Positions 36,285 through 43,496 of a DNA stretch of 43,920 nt are shown one piece after another. Under the pieces are notes generated by a model. It was not told the origin of the DNA. It ran no database searches and worked only from the letters and a program-made list of their open reading frames with translations. The DNA comes from an uncultured Bacteroidaceae bacterium (GTDB taxonomy: Bacteria; Bacteroidota; Bacteroidia; Bacteroidales; P3): assembly GCA_964616965.1 (NCBI GenBank), contig CAZTVH010000002.1, forward strand, positions 1 through 43,920, read 5' to 3'. A program made the translations under genes and the position numbers. The number at the start of each line of letters is the position of its first letter. Positions within the stretch are counted from its first letter, which is position 1.

Positions 36285-37007
36285 CTACTTTGCCAATGAC
36301 TTGTTTATCTTTCTGAAATCGCCAAGCGATTTGAGCCCTATCTTGAATATACGTTTCAGATTGATGGAGTTCACACCACCCTGACGGGGACGGAATGTAA
36401 TCGGATACCAACCAATCTTCTCCTTTTTCTTCACCGCAATGGCACTCACCGCCACATTGGCAAGGAAGAAATCCTGAGGGATGTACTCCATGACAGCCTG
36501 CAGCCGTTTGGCATTCATAAGACGGAACGGAGTGTTGGAATCTTTTACCCACACATGGAACATCAGCCACACCACAATCCGCAAGGTTCTTGTCACCACA
36601 ATCCGCGAAAAACCGTCCTGCCTGCCACCGCGCGTGCCTATTTGGAAGTCATAGTCGTGGCGGTGCTCCCACATCTGCCAAAACTCGTCGGGCAGAGTCT
36701 GCCCGTCGCTGTCGGTCTGAAACACATAGTCCGCCCCGTGCTCTAATGCGTAGCGATACAGATACAGCACCGTGGCCCCATGTCCCGAATTGGGCTTGTC
36801 CAATGGCAGGAGGTATTTATAGCTGTTCTGCAATTGGCTCAAGATAGAGAAAGTACCATCCTTGCTGCCGTCATTGGCAATCACCACTCGGGCTTCGCCT
36901 CCCTCGGCATTGACGCGCTCCGCCACAGGGTGCCACTGCCGGACCACATCTTCTATATTAGCCTCCTCATTGTATGCGGGCATCACCAGATAAAGAGTCT
37001 CTTTCAT
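36285..37007 (-). CDS. GT2 polyprenyl-phosphate glycosyltransferase (GtrB/ArnC/DPM1-like), short form
   Basis: LVMPAYNEEANIEDVV, ANDGSKDGT and QTDSDGQ. 240 aa, so it lacks the two C-terminal TM helices of classical GtrB. Confidence 0.65.
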   Translation of the reverse strand: MKETLYLVMPAYNEEANIEDVVRQWHPVAERVNAEGGEARVVIANDGSKDGTFSILSQLQNSYKYLLPLDKPNSGHGATVLYLYRYALEHGADYVFQTDSDGQTLPDEFWQMWEHRHDYDFQIGTRGGRQDGFSRIVVTRTLRIVVWLMFHVWVKDSNTPFRLMNAKRLQAVMEYIPQDFFLANVAVSAIAVKKKEKIGWYPITFRPRQGGVNSINLKRIFKIGLKSLGDFRKINKSLAK

Positions 37008-37419
37008 TCTTTGTCGGTTTAAAGGTTATATACTTGTTTAATATAAACTGAATCAAAGCAACCACCACGATGGTTATCAGTTTGCACACTATCTCGTTCC
37101 ACGATGCCAAGTCGACCATGATATACAACATCAGCGTCGATATGCCCAAGCCTGTCAGGCCGACAAGATAGAACGACAAAAACCGCAGCGAGGTCTTGTC
37201 CTTAATCTTAAAATTCAACTGACGGTTGAGTATAAAAGAGGTGAAAATGCCAATATGCACACTGACTATGTTTGCCCACAAATAGGGCAATATGTCGAAA
37301 TGACAAAGGAGGGTGTAGATGACAAAGTCCAACGTCGCACACACCGCACCTATAATCCCGTATAGGATGAGATTACGAAAACGGCGGTACAAACCAGAAA
37401 CAGTATCCAACAATTTCAT
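36967..37419 (-). CDS. GtrA-family small membrane protein
   Basis: 150 aa with four hydrophobic helices. N-terminal RFRNLILYGIIGAVCATLDFVIY is typical of GtrA-like proteins. It overlaps the next gene by 41 nt. Confidence 0.7.
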   Translation of the reverse strand: MKLLDTVSGLYRRFRNLILYGIIGAVCATLDFVIYTLLCHFDILPYLWANIVSVHIGIFTSFILNRQLNFKIKDKTSLRFLSFYLVGLTGLGISTLMLYIMVDLASWNEIVCKLITIVVVALIQFILNKYITFKPTKNERDSLSGDARIQ

Positions 37420-37440
37420 ATCCTAATTCTCTGAGCCAAC

Positions 37441-38310
37441 TTACACCGTGTCCATGAAACTCTTCTGCGTCTTATTGAAGATGACTATTCCCAAACCGAG
37501 CAATATCACCATAAACACAAAACTATACGCCAGCCAATGCCAGCCGACAAACTCACCCGCGCCCAAAGCCCCATACTTGAATGACTCCAGCACCGGGGTC
37601 ACGGGGTTGAGCCGCATGATGGTGTATAGGTCGAACCCTGCCACCATCTTTCCCTTCACCAAACTAAGCGGATATACAATCGGGGTGGCATACATCCACA
37701 ACGACACCACGAACGAGAACAAAATCTGCAAGTCCCTATACTTAGTGGTCATACTCGATATCACAAGGCCGAATCCCAAAGCCAGCCCCGCCATCATCAG
37801 CACCAACAGGGGAAACAGCAGCACATACCATGTCAAATGCGCATTGCATCCCTGTATGCCATAAATAACATACACCACGATAAAGAGCCCCATCTGGATG
37901 CCAAACCGCAGCAGATTAGACGTCACATTGGCCAGCGGCGTTATCAGACGTGGGAAATAGACCTTGCCAAACAATCCGCTGTTGCTCACAAAGGTATTGG
38001 ACGTACGGCTCAGGCAGTCTGAGAAATACTGCCACATACAGGTACCCGCCAAGTAGAACAACGGCTGGGGAATGCCATCGGTGCCGATGCCGGCAATGCC
38101 GCCAAACACCACCATATACATAACGACCGTCATCACAGGCTGTATCACAAACCACAACGGCCCCAACACTGTCTGCTTATATTGCGTAATGATATTGCGC
38201 TTCACAAATAATGTGTAGAGGTCGCGATACCTCCACAACTCCTTAAAATCAACCGCCAGCAACTTGTCCTTCGGCTTAATGACGGTTGACCATTCTTGCG
38301 TCTCTGTCAT
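37441..38310 (-). CDS. wzm: ABC-2 type polysaccharide exporter permease
   Basis: 289 aa with six hydrophobic helices. N-terminal ELWRYRDLYTLFVKRNIITQYKQTVLGPLW is the classic Wzm/KpsM/TagG opening. Confidence 0.88.
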   Translation of the reverse strand: MTETQEWSTVIKPKDKLLAVDFKELWRYRDLYTLFVKRNIITQYKQTVLGPLWFVIQPVMTVVMYMVVFGGIAGIGTDGIPQPLFYLAGTCMWQYFSDCLSRTSNTFVSNSGLFGKVYFPRLITPLANVTSNLLRFGIQMGLFIVVYVIYGIQGCNAHLTWYVLLFPLLVLMMAGLALGFGLVISSMTTKYRDLQILFSFVVSLWMYATPIVYPLSLVKGKMVAGFDLYTIMRLNPVTPVLESFKYGALGAGEFVGWHWLAYSFVFMVILLGLGIVIFNKTQKSFMDTV

Positions 38311-38349
38311 TGAAAATAGTATTTCTTTAATCTTTAATTTTATATTTTT

Positions 38350-39537
38350 CTAGTGCGAATGCTTATGATGGAAAAATATATTCCCCACAATGCCCCAGAA
38401 ATATTTCCAATCGGTCCTGAAGGGGTGCTTCAGATAAGCCTCCACATACCGCCGCTCCGACTCTTGGATGCCCTCCAACGTCTCGGGCTGCTCCTTCTCA
38501 TAATAGAGCGGCGGTAGTAGGCCGGGCTTGGTCTGTATTCTCAACTGCTGCATCTCAGGCGTATACAGGCTGAAAAACTGTTTCGACAAAGGCCTCACAC
38601 CCACCAGCTTCATCTCCCCCTTCAACAAATTCACAACCATCGGCAACTCGTCGAGCCACGTCTTGCGCAAAAACGCTCCCATCGTATTCACTCGGTAGTC
38701 GTGATAGAACTTACCCGTCTTATCCAACCGCCGGTGCTGGTACACATATTCCTGCAGATACTCACTATACGAATACATCGTGCGGAACTTATACACCGTT
38801 ATAATCTTTCCGTTCTTGCCCACCCTCCGCAACTTGGCTATCGGCGACGAGCTGGGAACCCCTTCCCGTATAGGCTCCTTGGCCTTGCGGGCTATCACGC
38901 GAAACTCCCCGTGTGCCGTATTCTCATACACCACCTCGAAACCCGCATGATACAGCCGCCCCAATATCTCCACGCGGTGGAACGTGCGGTTGCGCCCCTT
39001 GCTGATGGCAAAATAGATATTCTTCAACCCCGCCACCTTCGGAAACACCCGGTGCCACAGATAGTGGAAACCATAATAAACCCTGTTTATCCCTTTCGGA
39101 TAGCGGCTGTAGATAACCGCCTTCTTCACCGACGACGTGCGGCAACAACACACCAAATACCCCCCCTGCGTCAAATTCTCGTTGGCGTTGAACAAAAACT
39201 TGTCAAGCTCATAAATCGTGTGCAGCGGACGCTTCACAAAAATAGCCTCATACAGCCCACCCTCTGCCTTACACTGCGGAAGCGGGTTCCCACCGTTGTT
39301 CTTCATCCCCCACAGCAGCGTGGTGGGGGCAAACTCGTCGTGATGGTCTGCAAACCAACGGTACACCTGCTTAATCGGCTCCTGCTCCACATGCTCAAAG
39401 ACCCTGCGCACATCCGCATTCTCAATGTCCTCGGCCTTCAAATCGTCACACCCCTCGCTCCCCTGCTCGACAAAGTTGCCGGCAGGAAAGTACATTTTCC
39501 CCTTTACAGGATCCAACGGAAACAGCGGTTTTCTCAT
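38350..39537 (-). CDS. Polyprenyl-phosphate glycosyl-1-phosphate transferase (bacterial sugar transferase domain) fused to an N-terminal domain of about 230 aa with no obvious TM helix
   Basis: C-terminal RRVGKNGKIITVYKFRTM and LRKTWLDELPMVVNLLKGEMKLVGVRP. I see no hydrophobic stretch of at least 18 aa in the N-terminal part. Confidence 0.75.
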   Translation of the reverse strand: MRKPLFPLDPVKGKMYFPAGNFVEQGSEGCDDLKAEDIENADVRRVFEHVEQEPIKQVYRWFADHHDEFAPTTLLWGMKNNGGNPLPQCKAEGGLYEAIFVKRPLHTIYELDKFLFNANENLTQGGYLVCCCRTSSVKKAVIYSRYPKGINRVYYGFHYLWHRVFPKVAGLKNIYFAISKGRNRTFHRVEILGRLYHAGFEVVYENTAHGEFRVIARKAKEPIREGVPSSSPIAKLRRVGKNGKIITVYKFRTMYSYSEYLQEYVYQHRRLDKTGKFYHDYRVNTMGAFLRKTWLDELPMVVNLLKGEMKLVGVRPLSKQFFSLYTPEMQQLRIQTKPGLLPPLYYEKEQPETLEGIQESERRYVEAYLKHPFRTDWKYFWGIVGNIFFHHKHSH

Positions 39538-40031
39538 TCCGTAATCGTTTCTAAAAACTCAGGCGGTATATGCATAGTCGCAACAGCTGCCACACCCCTC
39601 ACACTCACCACCAGCCGCCTGTCCTTCTTAATTCGCTTGATATAACCTTCGGCACCCTTGAACACCCCCTCCGTCACCCTCACACGGTCGCCTTTATGAT
39701 ATTCGGGCCTGTCCTCGCCCAGATAGCACAATCCCTGCTGCCCCGCCGTGCACACGAAGATAAACACCTCCATCTCACGGTCCGGAATTGCCGAGGGCTT
39801 GTGCGTCAGCGGGTCGCGATAAACCCACAGCTTGTCATGATAATCGTTCTCAAACTGCGCCACATAGCCATTCGTGGCCTTCACAAACAACAGCGATGCT
39901 ATCATACTCGGAATAAAGAAGTCCACCCCGTCCACCGCCAGTTGCTCCCTCAGCGGTGTCATCCTGTTGTAATACACCTTCATCGCATACCATCGCGCAA
40001 CCTCTGGTTTTTCCTCCTTATTCATCATCAA
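39534..40031 (-). CDS. upxY: UpxY-family (NusG-like) locus-specific transcription antiterminator
   Basis: 165 aa. NGN-like WYAMKVYYNRMTPLREQL and KOW GDRVRVTEGVFKGAEGYIKRI. First gene of the locus, with a 4-nt overlap onto the next gene. Confidence 0.85.
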   Translation of the reverse strand: MMMNKEEKPEVARWYAMKVYYNRMTPLREQLAVDGVDFFIPSMIASLLFVKATNGYVAQFENDYHDKLWVYRDPLTHKPSAIPDREMEVFIFVCTAGQQGLCYLGEDRPEYHKGDRVRVTEGVFKGAEGYIKRIKKDRRLVVSVRGVAAVATMHIPPEFLETITE

Positions 40032-40327
40032 TCACTCCTTACCTATACTGCCTGTCTTGAACTATTCATTTCCTTTCTCCGCCTCACCAGCCTTCCCCTC
40101 GCTCGCCGTGCCCACACTCCCCCACACTTTACGCCTCGGCAAACACACCCAATCCACCCTCGCCCACAGGCACAATTCTCCTCCTCCCCCTATGCAGCGG
40201 CACGAGGCTTCTGGATGATTCATGGATTTAAATAACCCACTTTTACGCCCACCCCTATCCAAGGGCGGTAACGTAATCAACCTTTGCTGTGTATATTATA
40301 AAAAACATACAGCCCATTATCAGTTTG
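40032..40327 (-). promoter_or_regulatory. Long G-rich 5' leader of the glycan operon
   Basis: Lies between the -7 box candidate and the upxY ATG. In plus-strand line 40081-40140 I count 33 C against 9 G, so the transcript is G-rich and C-poor. Confidence 0.5.
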
Positions 40328-40335
40328 CAAATATA
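40328..40335 (-). promoter_or_regulatory. Candidate -7 box (minus strand TATATTTG) of the upxY operon promoter
   Basis: Exact TAnnTTTG match inside the only AT-rich patch of the 670-nt gap. The upstream GTTG/TTTC is only a weak -33. Confidence 0.5.
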
Positions 40336-40495
40336 CGACTTTTTATAGAAACAACGAGCATTTTTTTTAAAAACTCACTTTTCTTTCCTACTTTGCCACT
40401 ACCGTTTGGCCTGCTCGCCCTGCCGCAGCCCCGCCCTTATCAGACCATGCCACCCGCCCTACACCCTTTTCCCCACCTCTACCCAATGCTGCCGC

Positions 40496-40612
40496 CTCTT
40501 CCCGCTCTCTACTGCATGCTACCAATTCCCACTCCTTCAGAGGTTGTTATCCGCACCCTGATGCGGAGACAAAACGAAGAAGAAGCTGACATGGAGCGGA
40601 TAACAGAGGGGG
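40496..40612 (+). repeat. Intergenic repeat family, copy 3 (orientation A)
   Basis: TTCCCGCTCTCT aligns to TTCCGTTCTCT of copy 1. Hairpin tccgca-ccctga-tgcgga at 40550-40567, where the T/A pair of the other copies is replaced by A/T. There is a 10-nt insertion before the hairpin. Confidence 0.55.
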
Positions 40613-40646
40613 CTAGGCGGGTGGCGTGGTGCCGGCGACTAAACGT

Positions 40647-40680
40647 TAAAAAGGGGCACCGCGCAAGTGCGGATGCCCCT
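40647..40680 (-). terminator. Rho-independent terminator of the M49-like lipoprotein gene
   Basis: Stem aggggcaccgc (40652-40662) pairs with gcgg-a-tgcccct (40669-40680), loop gcaagt. On the minus strand it is followed by TTTTT. It lies 21 nt after the stop. Confidence 0.8.
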
Positions 40681-40701
40681 AAAGGTCACGACAGGTGTCG
40701 T

Positions 40702-42345
40702 TTACTGAGCCAGACCGAGGGCCTTCAGGCCCTGGTTGTAGCGGATGTCGCGGGGGATGTTGTTGGTGGCAATCATGTCAAGGTCTTTCTGCAGGTCGGG
40801 GCGGATGGTGCCGTTCTTGGCCGCATAGCTGCCTGCAAACTCAATGTCGCCTTCGCCCTCGACTTGAAGGATGAGGGCTGCCCAGCTCTTCATGGCCTCT
40901 TCGGCCTTGGCAACATCAATGACGTATTTGCCCTGCTCGTTGCGAGTGAAGGCTCCCTGGTCCTGAAGGTAGTTGAAGCACATCATGTTGGCAATGCCGT
41001 GAGCCTCGGTGGCACCGAAGCGGACACTGCGCAGTATGCCGGCAATGAAGGTGACGAAGGCGTCTTCCTTGGTGCAGTTGGTGATTTCGCCCATCTCGAT
41101 AAGTTTGGCGGTGAGGAACAGTCCGCAGATGTCGGCCTTGGCTTCCTCCCACTTGCTGTACTCTTTGCCAAGGGCTTCGCGCATGCTCTTGCCGTCGGTG
41201 ACGGTGTTCTTGATGCCTAGGCCGTGGGCCACTTCGTGGAAGCAGACGTTGCTGAAGAAGGCGTTGAAGTTGACATTGTCAATCTGGTCGTCGCAGACCA
41301 GAAGGTTGGCAATGGGCATGAGGATGGTTTCGAACTTGGCCTGCATGGCGTTCTTGAGCTGCAGACGGCGGGCGCCCATAGTCTTGTGGATGCGCTCGTC
41401 GTTGGGCAGGTTGATGGCGATGGTCTTGGAGCCCGCGTTGCAGTCGCCGGCGTAGTAGACCACGTCGTAGACGTTGATGTCGCAGTCGGTGCCGGGCACT
41501 TCCTTCTTATACTTGGGGTCGCAGGGCAGGAGTTTCTGCATCTCGGGGAGCATGGCGGCGAATTTGCTGAGGTCGTTGCTCCACTGCTCGTCTTTGACCA
41601 GCACGAAGGCCTCGTGGCTGCACTTCAGGCCGTTGATGCCGTCGTCGTAGTTCTCGATGGGTCCCACGACGAAGTCGAGCTTGCTGTCTTTCATGTCCAT
41701 CCAGACCATGTCGCTCTCGAAGTAGTCGTCGGTCTTGAAGGCCTCGCGACGGGCCTCAAGATACTTCTTCAGGCCGGGATTCTCGGCGAGGGCGATGGCT
41801 TTCTCGAGGAGGGCATCGACCTTGGCGAGCTGCTCCTTGTAAGCCTCATGATAGGGCAGGACATAGAGCTTGCCGTTCTCGTCGCGGCGGATGACGCTGT
41901 ACTGGCTGTTTTTGAGCGTATCATCCAGAGCCTCAAACTCTTCCTTGGTCATATCCTGGGGATAGAAGTTGCAGCCGAGGGGACGTTCGCCATAACCGGG
42001 GATGAAGGGTTTCTCGCTGTCGAGACGGTCCCATGCGCCATACTGGATGTTGGCGAAAGCACGGATAGCGGGGTCGCAGATGGTGTCGAGACTCTTGCGG
42101 TTCTCGTTGCCAAAATACTGATCCCAGTAGATTTCATCCATCACCTTGCCGATTTCGATGAAAATCTTGACAAGTTCCTTCTCGTTGGGGGAGAGCGTCT
42201 GGATGAGGTCGGACGTGAGTTCGAACTCGGCGTACTCATTCACTTTTTGCTGAATTTCGGGGTCGGCGGTGCAATCTTTCTTGCTTTTGCAACCCACAGC
42301 GGCTAACATTGAAATAGCCATAGCTAAAACGGTTAATTTTTTCAT
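40702..42345 (-). CDS. Lipoprotein, dipeptidyl-peptidase III (M49)-family zinc hydrolase, HExxH variant
   Basis: I prefer ATG 42345 (MKKLTVLAMAISMLAAVGC lipobox); the ORF track uses TTG 42378. Motifs FFSNVCFHEVAHGLG and WEEAKADICGLF match the two M49 zinc motifs of the short bacterial/plant type. Confidence 0.65.
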   Translation of the reverse strand: MKKLTVLAMAISMLAAVGCKSKKDCTADPEIQQKVNEYAEFELTSDLIQTLSPNEKELVKIFIEIGKVMDEIYWDQYFGNENRKSLDTICDPAIRAFANIQYGAWDRLDSEKPFIPGYGERPLGCNFYPQDMTKEEFEALDDTLKNSQYSVIRRDENGKLYVLPYHEAYKEQLAKVDALLEKAIALAENPGLKKYLEARREAFKTDDYFESDMVWMDMKDSKLDFVVGPIENYDDGINGLKCSHEAFVLVKDEQWSNDLSKFAAMLPEMQKLLPCDPKYKKEVPGTDCDINVYDVVYYAGDCNAGSKTIAINLPNDERIHKTMGARRLQLKNAMQAKFETILMPIANLLVCDDQIDNVNFNAFFSNVCFHEVAHGLGIKNTVTDGKSMREALGKEYSKWEEAKADICGLFLTAKLIEMGEITNCTKEDAFVTFIAGILRSVRFGATEAHGIANMMCFNYLQDQGAFTRNEQGKYVIDVAKAEEAMKSWAALILQVEGEGDIEFAGSYAAKNGTIRPDLQKDLDMIATNNIPRDIRYNQGLKALGLAQ

Positions 42346-42386
42346 TACTAATATGTTTAAATGTTTTTTCAACAACAAATAATTTG

Positions 42387-42394
42387 CAAAGTTA
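42387..42394 (-). promoter_or_regulatory. Candidate -7 box (minus strand TAACTTTG) for the lipoprotein gene
   Basis: Exact TAnnTTTG match, 42 nt upstream of ATG 42345. Confidence 0.45.
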
Positions 42395-42402
42395 CATTTT
42401 TT

Positions 42403-42433
42403 TTTGGTATGTTAGAAAAAAGTTGTACTTTTG
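42403..42433 (+). promoter_or_regulatory. Candidate promoter of tRNA-Ser: -33 TTTG (42403-42406) and -7 TACTTTTG (42426-42433)
   Basis: Both consensus elements are present with a 19-nt spacer. The -7 box ends 30 nt before the tRNA 5' end. Confidence 0.6.
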
Positions 42434-42463
42434 CAGCCGATTTCAACCGAAAAACAGGACATT

Positions 42464-42551
42464 GGAAAGGTGCTCGAGTGGTTGAAGAGGCCCGCCTGGA
42501 AAGCGAGTAAGCGTTAAAAGCGCTTCAAGGGTTCGAATCCCTTCCTTTCCG
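42464..42551 (+). tRNA. tRNA-Ser (anticodon GGA), type II with long variable arm
   Basis: Acceptor GGAAAGG/CCTTTCC, D-loop with GG, anticodon loop CTGGAAA, variable arm AAGCG-TTAAAAG-CGCTT, T-arm AAGGG-TTCGAAT-CCCTT, discriminator G, no encoded CCA. One C-A mismatch in the anticodon stem (CCCGC/GCGAG). Confidence 0.9.
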
Positions 42552-42570
42552 CAAGCATCGAAGCTTGCGA

Positions 42571-42596
42571 AGCAGAACTGTGGTTCTGCTTTTTTT
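42571..42596 (+). terminator. Rho-independent terminator after tRNA-Ser
   Basis: agcagaac (42571-42578) pairs with gttctgct (42583-42590), followed by a T-run to 42596. Confidence 0.8.
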
Positions 42597-42611
42597 GAAT
42601 GTATAATTGCC

Positions 42612-43445
42612 ATGAGACTATCCATTATCACTATCAACTGGAACAATGCCCAAGGACTGGAAAAAACCATTCGTAGCGTTGTCTCACAGAATTATAAAGA
42701 TTTCGAGTACGTCGTCATCGATGGCGGAAGTAACGATGGTAGCGTGGATATAATCAAACGATACGCTGAGGCATTCCCCATCAACTGGCTGTCGGAGCCC
42801 GACAAGGGCATCTACAATGCAATGAATAAAGGAATTGCAAAGGCCAGCGGAGAATACCTCCATTTCCTCAACAGCGGCGATATGCTGCTGGACAACGATG
42901 TGGTAGCCAAAATGATTGGGCAAATTGACAGAAACAACTATCCCGACATACTTGTTGGCAGAATGATAAAGCAAATGCCCGATGGCTCACTTTACCGAAA
43001 CCCTGTCAACGACAATTATTCGTTTATCCGTTTTTACAATGCAAGCCTCCCCCACCCGACGACATATATCAAGAAGGAACTGTTCGACAAATATGGGTTG
43101 TATGACGAGTCGCTCAAGATTGTTTCGGATTGGAAATGGTTTATGCAGGTCGTTGCCTTCAACGGGGTCAAGCCTATTGCCGTAGATGTCGATGTGACCA
43201 TCTTCGACATGACAGGCATCAGCAACACCAACAACGAGTTGCGTATGGCGGAAAGGAGGTCTGTTTTCGCCGAAACTGTACCAGCGTGCTTTCTCTCCGA
43301 CTATGATAACTATTGTAATTACATACTGATGATGAGCCGCATCCGAAGGCATCCGAAGGCGTTCAAGCTGACCTATCTGTTAGAACGGGCACTATTCAAG
43401 ATTGAAAAAAAGAGAGCACGGAAAAGAGACCTCTACTCGCACTAA
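42612..43445 (+). CDS. GT2 glycosyltransferase (WcaE-like)
   Basis: 277 aa. LSIITINWNNAQGLEKTIRSVVSQ, VIDGGSNDGS and FLNSGD. Confidence 0.8.
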   Translation: MRLSIITINWNNAQGLEKTIRSVVSQNYKDFEYVVIDGGSNDGSVDIIKRYAEAFPINWLSEPDKGIYNAMNKGIAKASGEYLHFLNSGDMLLDNDVVAKMIGQIDRNNYPDILVGRMIKQMPDGSLYRNPVNDNYSFIRFYNASLPHPTTYIKKELFDKYGLYDESLKIVSDWKWFMQVVAFNGVKPIAVDVDVTIFDMTGISNTNNELRMAERRSVFAETVPACFLSDYDNYCNYILMMSRIRRHPKAFKLTYLLERALFKIEKKRARKRDLYSH

Positions 43446-43488
43446 AAACAATTTGTGAGAAAAAATAGCGTAATTCAAAAAAAAAGCG

Positions 43489-43496
43489 TATTTTTG
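43489..43496 (+). promoter_or_regulatory. Candidate -7 box TATTTTTG upstream of the tryptophanase-family gene
   Basis: Exact TAnnTTTG match. It would give a leader of about 195 nt before ATG 43698. No well-spaced -33 TTTG. Confidence 0.4.

Noticed and set aside
38701-39645. 314-aa plus-strand ORF antisense to the sugar transferase and upxY genes
   Set aside because: It is Pro/Leu/Arg/His-rich with no recognisable motif, spans a gene junction on the other strand and has no promoter or terminator context. It is a shadow ORF.
40123-40135. ops-like element (minus strand GGCGTAAAGTGTG) in the leader
   Set aside because: It resembles the enterobacterial RfaH ops GGCGGTAGCGTG only partially. UpxY recognition sequences are not defined, so naming it a recruitment site would over-interpret it.
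40258-40411. Possible invertible promoter (Bacteroides fragilis-style inverted repeats flanking the upxY promoter)
   Set aside because: The best inverted match I could find around the -7 box is CCAA..CGGTA against TACCG..TTGG, about 9 scattered nt. That is far weaker than the 19-25 bp repeats of known invertible capsule promoters, and no recombinase gene is nearby.
40222-41220. 332-aa plus-strand ORF running from the upxY leader through the terminator into the lipoprotein gene
   Set aside because: It crosses a strong terminator hairpin and an intergenic repeat. The first half is low-complexity Pro/Leu and the second half is antisense to a well-supported gene.
41224-42306. 360-aa plus-strand ORF antisense to the M49-like lipoprotein gene
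   Set aside because: Its composition (runs of V/G/A/D/L, no motifs) is typical of a shadow frame opposite a GC-rich, strongly codon-biased gene. The minus-strand product has a lipobox and two zinc motifs.
42464-42551. tRNA-Ser as an integration site of a genomic island, and the C-A mismatch in the anticodon stem as a sign of a pseudo-tRNA
   Set aside because: There is no integrase, no direct repeat of the tRNA 3' end and no mobility gene in the window. All other tRNA features are intact, and a single stem mismatch is compatible with function.
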